From contig JAAOMT010000579.1 in NCBI GenBank assembly GCA_016748015.1, forward strand, positions 1 through 10,687: DNA of 10,687 nt, written 5' to 3'. Numbering within the stretch: position 1 is the stretch's first letter; every line of letters begins with the position of its first letter. The notes under the pieces were generated by a model, which was not told the origin of the DNA, did no database searches, and saw nothing but the letters and a program-made list of their open reading frames with translations. Shown piece by piece: positions 1 through 8,949 of this stretch. The position numbers and the translations under genes are program-made. This DNA comes from Geosiphon pyriformis uo1 (lineage: Eukaryota > Fungi > Glomeromycota).

Positions 1-1117
1 CACTACAACCTACACTGGCTCCCCGTAGCCCCCTTACCACTACCTACACACCAGTAGCACCTTCAATCTAAGGGCATAAACGATGCCCCTTCTAGCCCTA
101 GCCCTATCCACCTACACACAGAGAGCTCTTACCACCTAGCCTCCCACACAGGGACACATGCCCACCCCATGGCTACTCAGCCACAATCCCTATCCACCAC
201 ACCCCATCTTGCTGCGCAGCCTAATAGCCCTATCTTCCCCATGGCTACCTATAGCCCTCTCCCCATAGGGGATACCACCACAAATCCCACTAATAACCCA
301 TGGCTACACATAGCCAACCATTACCACCACTACCCTAATGAGATACCCCACATGGCTCCAGCCATATCACCTTTGACCCTAGACCCCAAAGGATACACAA
401 CCACTACCCTTACCCATATAGCCCCCATACATGGCTCTAGCCATCACCCATTACCTACATGGCTCCCGTAGCAATGCCACCTCTACCCAAAGTATACACC
501 AACCACACCCTAGCCCCTATTAAGATACCCCCTATCACCCAATGTAGCCCTATATCCCACTATATGCCCCACCACACACCATATCCCTATACCACATACC
601 CTATGCCCGGATGTGGCACCTATATACCACTATACCACTTCTCCACCATACCCTATGCCCCCCAACTGCAACAGGATGTGGCCAATATCCCCTATCTGCC
701 CCATACCCATATCCCCAGGATACCCATCCAATATCCCATATATCCCACCCTATGTGCCACCATGCCTCATGATGGAGCCCTATCCACTATCCCACACCAT
801 ATCCAAATCTCCCCTACCACCCAGTGGTCCCAATCTATGGTACCCGTTGACCAACAACCACTACCATACACAACTCCAATCTCCCTATCCCAACCAAATC
901 TCAAAACCAAATACAAAACCAATTCCATGGTAAACCCAATACCATGACCCCTAAAAACTAACCAATCCCCAACTCTCTAAAAACCAGGACCAATGTACCA
1001 ATCTAACACCAAGGACCCTAAATAACACCCAAAACCAAGAATCCCATTACTACCCAGTCCAAGTCGTGTGGGGGACAGGGCTCTGGAGAGGACCCCGGGT
1101 CAAAGGGTGGGGGGGGG
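1..1117 (+). repeat. Direct repeat copy 1 (matches 9571-10687; period 9570 bp)
   Basis: Same sequence at offset 9570. ORFs 169..471, 459..947 and 613..933 recur with identical translations at 9739, 10029 and 10183. Confidence 0.98.
100..470 (+). pseudogene. pol: Ty3 aspartic protease remnant
   Basis: Frame +1: LASHTGTHAH (HTG at 145-153, about DTG), PLPIGD (about V.LADG), LDPKGYTTTTL...HHPLPTW (about L.GYDVILG..WL..HNP.IDW). Correct position upstream of RT. Confidence 0.55.
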
Positions 1118-1790
1118 TCATGGGTCTGAAATGGGGGGGGGTCATGAGAACCCAAGGAGTACATAGATAATACGTGTCCCACACAATAGTGGTAACCATC
1201 CAACACCATCACCAAACAACCTTCACAACCACTAGTACCATGTATCGGGGTCCCAAACCACGGGACCCCAACCACCATTTCCAAGCAATGGGACCCCTTG
1301 TACCCATCCTGGGTAACACCACTACAAAACCATTTACAACCATCAGTAGAGCTCCTCTAAAACCAAACCACCATGACCAAACCCTGGGACAAAGGACAAA
1401 CCAAGTACCCACCCATTGGCAGGACATAGTGGATACAAACCAATCCTACCCATGGTCACTCCAAACCCATAAAACTGTAACAACAATCAACAATCAACCA
1501 CACATCTCCCATTAACCCTCCCACCAAACCCACGGAGGTCCAGGGGGTAAAAGGCCCGAGGGCCAGGGTATAAGACCCTGACGTGGTTACAGGTGACAAC
1601 CACTACTCCAACTGCAAACCAGACTACTACAAAGTACACACAAATACCCGTACCCAAATCCAGCTCCCCTACAATAACCAATGAACAATGACCCTATCCA
1701 CCCACCAACACAACCATAAAAAGGATCCAAGTTAAACGGGATCCAAGGTAAGTTCTACACCCATCACCCTGTATTGCTGGGGGGGGGTGA
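790..1790 (+). pseudogene. pol: Ty3 reverse transcriptase remnant
   Basis: Frame +1, in order: KPNTKPIPW (IRPS.SPW), RTLNNT...YYP (RALNK.T...YP), TQGVHR (..GYHQ), QTTFTT 1213-1230 (KTAFTT), HFQAMGP..LGNTTTKPF (F.VMPFGL.NAPATF), HWQDIV from 1414 (YLDDIL), GQGIRP 1561-1578 (GI.PDP), HPVLL (PVL). Confidence 0.8.
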
Positions 1791-1849
1791 ACCAAAAATC
1801 CCACTTTGGCCAATCAAGCTCTACCTCCTGTACCCAATGGTCCCATCCC

Positions 1850-2320
1850 AACAAACTCCAAATCCTACCATTACCCTTGTTACCCACTCCATTCCAACCA
1901 CAAATCAACAACCAATCGGGTAACAAGGTGTGTACTTACCCCCGGTGTGGGGGGGGGGTACCAACAAGGTCAACAACCTGTATACCCGTATACAAAAACC
2001 CCAACCGTAGGATCCCCCAAACCCATCCTCAAAACAAGTACGTCTCCCACACAAGGTTGTATCTCCCAGTTTAATACCCAGTCCAACCAAAACAGTTCCC
2101 ACAAACAAGGTTGTATCACAAGTCCTTTCACACCACACAAGGGGGGATAAGTTAGTATCCCAAGTCCCAGTACCCACAAAAATGGGATCCCAAACAGTAC
2201 TTTCCACCCACACTTCAAGAAGTGTCTGGTATTGATGGTATAGTGTCCTTAATTGTTAGTCATGTATATGTTTGGATAGGGTATTGGTTGAGGATTGGTA
2301 ATGGGGAGTGATGGGTTTTT
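1850..2320 (+). pseudogene. pol: Ty3 RNase H remnant
   Basis: Frame +3: PLHSNHKSTTNRVTRCVLT (LHTDAS...G.VL.Q), QPVYPYTK 1974-1997 (PVAY.SK), PFTPHK 2124-2141 (F..TDHK), VMYMFG (I.Y.PG). Confidence 0.6.
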
Positions 2321-2559
2321 AGTGATGGGATTGGGATTGTGTCTAGGAGGGTGGGATTTGGATGGTTGATTGGTTATCCCTTTGTATCCATTGGTTATTG
2401 GGATACCGTCTACATGGTTTGAATTTGGGATCCATGGGTATCCATGGGGGGATCATCCATTTTATCCAGGTTTATCTCGAGAGACTTGGGATCCGTTGGT
2501 TGACCCACCCACAACTCACTACAAGGCAAAGGGTAAAAATATCCCCAGGTATCAGATCC

Positions 2560-4100
2560 ACAAGTTACCATCTTCTCAAAGTAAGAATACCATGGGCAAG
2601 TACCACAACCACACCACCAGTGCTTTGAATGTATTTGAGTCCCATTTGGATCCAGGATGCACTCTAATAAAGGGGTTGTTGGGGTGGTGGTTGTGGGGGG
2701 GGGTAAGGGGTAAGATCCATAGGTCGGGGTGGGGGGGGGGTAGGTATGGATCCAGTACTCAAAGCTTACGTCCCCACCACCATATCCAAGGCTCCAACCA
2801 AATACCCTAATAGAGTACCGACTACTAGTATTTTGATCACCTATCTGACCCACCACCTGGGGAGTACTCATGAGTCCCAGTCAATTGCTAGGCGGTAAGA
2901 TAGTGCTCAAAAGGGCCTATGATGCTCCCTATCCCACCAGATCTACCACAGATTGGTACTTGTACTTGATTGGTTTATGTGATATACTTTGTATCCCAGG
3001 GCAGTATCAACCGAATTAACCTTATGTAATGATTGGATATAGGCTCTGCATAGTGTAGTAAAGTCAAGCAACCAATATGGGATCCCTCCATGGCCACACA
3101 AACACAGGGATCTGGAGAGGTGGGAAAATGGGGGGGGGGTGGGTATACAAATCCATCAAGCAAAATGATGACAGGTATACCAACAAATCACTAGTACTTA
3201 TCCAAACCACTGTCCCAATTCAAAGGGCGAGTATCCACCCAAACTGGGGGCCATCAAAGGTTAGCTGGGGTCCTCAAGCACCAGTACTCATAATGATCCT
3301 CCCTAAAAGCCAACAGCCCTTATAAGACGGGAGCGACCAAAATAGTCATGGGCCCTATGGCTTAAGGTAGCAACCATAAAGACTTTAAGCAATTAGACTT
3401 GGTATCTACAATCCCCAAATCAAAGTACCTAAAAACCCTTCACAGTCAGTTGACTACCATACCATTAGTACCATTTGTACCGTACTACCAATCCCCATAA
3501 AGAAGAGTATTTTTATTAAGGGAATTACTACAACCACTGGCTCCAACCAAAGCAATCCACCAATCCCAATAAACCATTGACACCCCAATTAGTAGTTCGG
3601 ATACCATGGCTCAAGGGGGGGGGTAAAAGTAAGGTGTAGTATGTCCATCGTCAGGTCCCCAGTCCCCAATCTACCAATCATACCAAGCCCGAATACTTGT
3701 ATACAACATGTATCCTACTCTCGAGATCACTCCTCAAACTGGTCCCACCAGGATCTGACTCAGGTCCACACTAAGGAACACCATAAACAAGGATGGGTTC
3801 ATGTAGCTATCCTAAAGTAGACCGAGTCTAGGGCCCCTATCTACTCTTGTACTGGAAGGTTTAGTGAGTGGGGTCTGAATAGGCTCTAAAAGTAAAGGCT
3901 GTATCTCCTCTCCAAAGTAGGGCTGTATTTGGTAGTATCCCATTGGGGGTACTGGTGGATGGGTAGAGGGGGATGGTTGTAGTTAGTGTTGATGGGTATG
4001 GGGGGGTATGGGGGATCCATCACGGCAGTCCTTGTAATATACCCTAAATCCCCACACCTCTTTGGGTCTATGGGATATACAAAGGATGTAGCCATCCAAC
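2560..4100 (+). pseudogene. pol: Ty3 integrase A remnant (HHCC region, rve core, GPY/F, probable chromodomain)
   Basis: Frame +1: GMDPVLKAYV 2743-2772 (WPGM...VK.YV), LVLVLDWFM*YTLYP from 2953 (LVVVDRFTKYAHFIP), YGIPPWPHKHRD 3076-3111 (HGIP..IVSDRD), HCPNSKG 3208-3228 (HPQSDG), SWALWL, ST*KPF (STG.TPF), KLVPPGSDSGPH 3736-3771 (KL.P.F.GPF), YWKV**V...ALK (..HPVFHVSLLK), VLVDG*RGMVV 3949-3981 (V.VDGEEEYEV). Confidence 0.85.
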
Positions 4101-4329
4101 AAAGCTGAATCCAAGCCTATTGAGGGTATGGTTTACTGGGTCCCAACTAGATACCAGTATTCTCTCTAAGGGGTTGTCATGCCCATAAGAGTACCACAAG
4201 GCATCTCCCCCAATACCCATCACAATACACTGTACCCTATATTATGAGATCCCTTGCCCAATCCTCAGAGGGCCCCAGTCCTCTACCATTGTCCACAGAC
4301 AACTCCACCATAACCAACAACTTACCAAT

Positions 4330-5845
4330 CCCTTTACCAATACCCAAATACTCTCTATTCTAAATACAATCCCTATCCAAATCATACCAATCAAATATAC
4401 CTAACTCTCTCATACTATGTGAACCCCAAGTACCATATCCCTATCTGATAAAGTAATCTATCACATCAACAAAACACAACCCCTATCCGAATCCCCACCC
4501 ATACCAATAGCCACCAGAGGTAGCCCATTACCAAGAGGTAGCCCTCTGCCCCATGTGGCATCCAGATATCCCCATGCCACAATGGGCATACTACCCATTA
4601 TCCCAACCATGTGCCATAGGATATCCCACCACCATATGCCCTATCCACTAGCCCCAATATGCCTAGATCCCATATTCCCCACTATTTAGCAAAAATAGCC
4701 CCATGTGGCCCCCATACCCATTGTAGCCAACCATATGCCCCACTACCCATAGGATATCCCAACCATACCACATTCTATGCCCAATGTGGCCCCTTGCCAC
4801 TAGCCCTAGCCCCATACCCCAATATGCCCCAATGCCCCATGTGGCATCCTAAAAACCCCAGAGGTGGCATCCAATCTACCCCATTCCCAAATACCACCCA
4901 TACCCCACACAATGTGCCCTAGTAGCCCAATATCCCACCAACTACCCAAACCCCAACCATAGCCCCAATCCCACCAAATGGGCACAGGATATCCCACCAT
5001 ATGTAGCAAAAGGTGCCTTATGTGGCACACTCAACAAAAGGGCCACCAAGGGCCCCTATCTACCACATGCCACAGGATCCCAACGCCCCATACCACAGGA
5101 TCCCACTATCCCACATGCCACATGATACCCATCCGATGGGCCCATCAACACGAGGTGGCACCCCAACCACTACCCGATATGCCCAAGATACCACGGATGT
5201 TTACAACCAGTTGGACCAGTAGTCGACTCTCTATATGAGCATATAGGGATTGGATGCTATTGATGAGGACCTTGTTATGAGGAGTCAAGGGATGGTAGAT
5301 CGAGGATTACCTCCGGATGGCAAGGGGCGTCATAAGGGATTGAATGATTCGGGTTCTCCCCTGACTTGGATTGGCATTGGTTTGTATGAATGGTGTTTGA
5401 TTGTACTCTAGTACTCATCTCGACTACCTCCTCTTTTGACAGGGACCTACTTGGACTTTGCGGATGCCGCACTTTCAAGATCAGACCATTGGGTTTATGA
5501 TACGGTGCGCCTCCCAGAGCATAGTAGGGTACAACACTTCATACCCAGGCCCTTTATCATAGGTTACTATCCAGAGATTAATCTTATCTCTTATCCAGTT
5601 CCTGGGGTATATGTGGAGGAGGCTGTTTTAGGTATTACAACGGGTATGACGTAATAGTACAAGACCTCCTGCATCTAGGGGGCAAGGAACCTAATCACAA
5701 GTACCTTTTGAGATCCCATCGGTATCCTTCTTACGAGAGGTTTGCTGATGGGGAGCCCTTAGCTAATACCTAGCTATACTGTAAACCCGTCATGTCCATA
5801 GCTCCTAAAATAACTCGTCCATTAAGCATCAGTTTTCATGAGTAA
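4330..5845 (+). pseudogene. pol: Second Ty3 integrase (copy B) remnant with GPY/F module and chromodomain
   Basis: Frame +3: THYPNHVP 4593-4616, RIPLSHMPHD...STRGGTP...RYAQD ~5097-5190 (LPLAEFA.N...STG.TPF...YG), SSRLPPLLTGTY 5415-5450 (KL.P.F.GPY), RLPEHSRVQHF 5508-5540 (LP...RVHPVF). After a shift to +2 near 5640: YDV...KYLLRSHRYPSYERFADGEPLANT (YEV...YLVKW.GY..E.TWEP..NL). The part before ~5000 is less certain. Confidence 0.75.
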
Positions 5846-6081
5846 CCTGCTCCATATCCTGACAGGTACTATCTCTATGTATATATGAGAGCCATGTACT
5901 CTATCCCCATGAATGTGCCATGTACATAGTAGTCTGAAATCTAGTATCTCCATCCCTGGGTAACCAGTTTGCCATCTTATAAATGAGTACAATGTTGCAA
6001 TATGACTCACTGTACGGAATGCAGGGAGTCCAGTAGGTATACCTTCATGGTACTTCATATCCCCTATATGGTACCTATAAA

Positions 6082-7140
6082 TTAAGTCCATAGCTCTAGA
6101 CCCAGGCCAGTTGGTACAAGTACACCATTGAGTTTAATACTATATGGCAAGGACCGCTCCCCACCACTCCTAATTTAGAGCCATCTCACTACCAACATCA
6201 GTGGTATGGGATATGTACAGGGCTTGGACACACCCTTTATAGTCTCCCCCCCACCTCTCATGGAATGTAGTTCATAGCTGTACCATACGTATTCATCCCC
6301 CCCTCTGGGCCTACGCTCCTCTACCATTCCTAGTAGGATTCCTAGTATAGCTCTAAACACTTCACAAGCTGATGTAAGTCTACTTCCCCTTGATGGGCCT
6401 CCTAAGCTAGTTATCCCCTGTAAGGGTGAGCTACCTCCCCCTAAGCCATGATTTACGAGCTACTGTCCAATCCATATGAGCAGGGGGCGTGGGCAATTAG
6501 ACCCATGTTACTCATCCGTCTGACTCACAGCTCATCTACTATCCTATTGATCCATCCAGCTAGTGTTATTCTCATATAGTAGTGTAGTCATCCCACATGA
6601 GCTAATCGAATCCATGAGCATGGACCACCTATGCTCCCATCACCCCACCCTATACTTGCCAATCCATAGTATCCTCTGGGATCCCTGCCATACAGGCCCT
6701 AAAATGACTCAGCTGTGAGCTGGTAGTGTACTTTTATGAATACACTGTACTTATACTGAGCTACTTAGCTACTGAGCATAATAAGCTACTGGAAGTCCAT
6801 CCCACTTTCGTCATAGAGCTTCTCCTTGATATTTAGAGACCATAGTACCTGCTACCCTCCTAATCAAGGGGTTTGGACCCCTGTATGCTCATATTGGACT
6901 TTGTATAGGTACTAGTCCTTGTAGCTCATGGTAGTAGGATGAGCAACCACTTACAGGGCATATTAGGGAAATAAGCTTCCCCCCCTGAATCCCCGGGCCC
7001 AAGGACCCAACTAGTGGTAATTGATAGGTTAGTTAGTCAGGTAGTGGGTACAGTTGTAGCCATCCCTTTTGTGTTGTGGGTGAGATTTTGACCTCATCCC
7101 TGCAGGTCCCCATCTAATAGGTAGAGGTCAGATTTGATAT
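6082..7140 (-). pseudogene. DIRS-type tyrosine recombinase pseudogene
   Basis: One minus frame with about 13 internal stops: TSTY*MG, SYYHELQGL, PLIRRV, WQGSQRILWIGKYRVG (R at 6673-6675, the R.SE position), TSWMDQ (SKTDQ), NCPRPL (CPV..L), LHSMRGGGET with HSMRGGGET at 6241-6267 (HSLR.GGAT), LVVRW (GRW.S), SLPY (Tyr 6142-6144), ending GLGLELWT-stop at 6082. Confidence 0.88.
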
Positions 7141-7199
7141 GCACCTGCTTTATCTACATTAGAACTATGAGTTTATGCTATATTAGGGTATGGTACTAT

Positions 7200-8790
7200 G
7201 TTGATCCCATCACCCCCTAGCTTGATATAGTCCCATCATCTCATTGGATATCTAGAGTATACTATTTGGTAGTCATCCTAAGGTGTTTGGTGTAATGGGT
7301 ACTGGGGACTAGCTGGCACACACATTGTTAGATAGGATTTGAGTCCTGTGGCTCCATTGGAGATTACTCTTAGATCAAGGATGGATGGGATTCCTAGTGT
7401 TTCTGACATATAAGTGGTACGCTCTAGGATGGAACTTGTATATATGTAGCCCTGTCTAATATCATACATTAGTATTCAGTTGTAACCACTTCCTATCCCT
7501 ATCCATGAACCCTCAGCACTAGTTGGATATGCCGCCCTCATATTTAGTCATTACATACTCATGCAGAGGGACTTGGTATGGGCATCCACCTCCCCCCCAT
7601 GTAATTATGAATCCCATCCTCAAATTAAGGATTTATACAGTGTAGGTCCTCTTGTACTATGAGGTAGATCTTGGTAGGCTATAGGGATGCTTGGAAGCGC
7701 TTGCTATTGGTACATACAACATACTGAGGAGTTGAGGACCTAAAGCAGGACTTATGGCTAATTCAACCTTGCCTATTAATAGGATCACATCCCCTGCAAT
7801 CTATGATGACTTCCTGTTATACTCTCATAGGTGTTTAATGGTAGCACTAGCCCTCTAGGGCTATGAGTAGGTAGTTGTACCTACCTATTACTGGATGATA
7901 AGGGTACCTTGCCAGATCCTGAATACTGGAGACTTGGACAGGTATAGCAATCTGTATGAGTACTTGGCATCTACTAGTTTACTGACCTTGGTTGGATATT
8001 GTAACCATATTAATGTGGCTGCATCCGCCATATACGATTTATTACATAGTACTAACTAACCTAGTGATTACCCCCTAGCATTACCTTTTAGTCATGTTAG
8101 GTTAGTGTGGCGTATTACACATAGGTAGTGCTTGGAGACTTGGGGTATCCATACCCCTAGGTAGTACAGTATTTCTACTAACTGGTCGGGGATATCCGAC
8201 CTTTCTATTAGCCCTAAATTGAGCACTACTCTTAATTTATTTACTTATAACTGTGAGATTGGATAAGACCTTGGATAGTGAGGACTTGTTATACCTCCAC
8301 TACACTCCCCATGGATACACACCTCCTCCCTATGGACTCGGTCATGGGCATATGTAAATACAATAGCTATCCTGTATAAGGCACCATGGTACTTGGAGGT
8401 AGGCAATGAACTTCTCTGAATAGGCTATACTCGGTCTTGAGGTTGAATACACGTGCTACATGACCCTCATACTGGTAGGTACCCACCCCAATCCCCCCCC
8501 CACACAACCCCGACCCATGTAGGCGGGCCATGGGCACATGCGGAGGGGGGCTATAGGAGCCCCTCCGTACAGAGGGGGGGCCGGAGGGCCCATGGGCTAG
8601 GAGCCCCCCCCGCACTGGGGGTAGAGATACCGCCCCGCACTTAAGTGCTGGGGGGAGTGCTCTCCCCCCCGCCGGCGGGGGGGGGCCGATGGGGGGGGCG
8701 AAGCATAAGCGTGGTGAAAAATGAGGATCCTTGGGCCCATGTGAAATCTGGATGGCACCTATATAAGCCCCGCCTACTAGGGGGGGGCGG
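7200..8790 (-). pseudogene. pol: DIRS-type pol pseudogene (RT, RNase H, MT-like)
   Basis: GAIQ 8748-8759 and PHFSPRL (RT N-terminus), HVPMA, VFNLKTEYSLFREV 8409-8450 (LPFGL.TAP..F.KV), IVFTYAHD with YAHD at 8341-8352 (Y.DD), LGLIERS...LYYLGVWI ~8146-8217 (LG..N..KS...L.YLG..ID). An RH-like stretch (RKSS...VELAI..LGPQL...YVPI) lies at ~7560-7830. MT-like FMDRDRKW, KFHPRAY and KHLR...YTL at ~7210-7530 are the weakest matches. Confidence 0.72.
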
Positions 8791-8870
8791 CCCCCCCCTC
8801 CCCCTGCCCTCCGGGCAGGGTTGGCGGTAGCCCACTGGGGGGGCTTGCTGTGTAACCTTAGGGGGGTGGG
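8500..8870. other. GC/CpG-rich island with clustered palindromes and a TATA/GC-box-like motif
   Basis: About 18 CpG in 8510-8826 versus about 2 in 4261-5100. Palindromes at 8588-8597, 8637-8648 and 8664-8683. TATATAAG at 8760-8767 is followed by GCCCCGCC at 8767-8774. Function not demonstrated. Confidence 0.7.
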
Positions 8871-8949
8871 AGGAGCCCTACCCATCTACCCCATCCACCA
8901 TACCCATCATAGGTCCCATTACCCAACTATACCTATATACCTCCATATG

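Larger units (their letters stand above)
100..4100 (+). mobile_element. Fossil Ty3/gypsy (chromovirus-like) LTR-retrotransposon internal region, pol copy A
   Basis: Degenerate PR, RT, RH, IN and chromo-like motifs in canonical Ty3 order and spacing, almost all in frame +1 (RH in +3). No LTRs recognised. Confidence 0.85.
6082..8790 (-). mobile_element. Fossil DIRS/PAT-like tyrosine-recombinase retrotransposon (RT-RH-MT-like, then YR)
   Basis: Domain order RT, RNase H, DAM-methylase-like, YR on the minus strand is the established DIRS1/PAT layout. gag and terminal repeats were not recognised. Confidence 0.85.

Noticed and set aside
1-10. CACTACAA start as a CACTA transposon TIR
   Set aside because: No matching inverted end, and at 9571 it is embedded in continuous C/A-rich sequence.
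169-947. Pro/His/Thr-rich ORFs as real extensin- or mucin-like genes (also 4659-5238 and 8821-9339)
   Set aside because: They are open in several overlapping frames because C/A-rich DNA lacks stops, and several are better explained as pol remnants.
1-1117. Terminal repeats as LTRs of an intact element
   Set aside because: No TG...CA ends, the repeat contains protease/RT remnants, and it stops mid-RT at the window edge.
4168-4181. AAGGGG-T-TGTCATG as polypurine tract plus 3' LTR start
   Set aside because: The position is plausible, but the tract is short, there is no second LTR copy, and integrase B remnants follow closely.
2221-4450. Long inverted repeat between the G/T patch 2221-2400 and the C/A patch 4300-4450
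   Set aside because: Only short low-complexity matches, explained by opposite skew.
7270-7469. ORF MYDIRQGY...RVISNG...*DD as RT motifs
   Set aside because: Better-ordered RT motifs lie at ~8146-8760. This position, between RH and YR, fits the MT-like region in other frames, so it is probably a chance resemblance.
100-8790. Alternative genetic code or RNA-edited cryptogenes making these frames functional
   Set aside because: TAA, TAG and TGA all interrupt the frames and catalytic residues are lost by varied substitutions. Only RNA-seq showing restored motifs would revive this idea.
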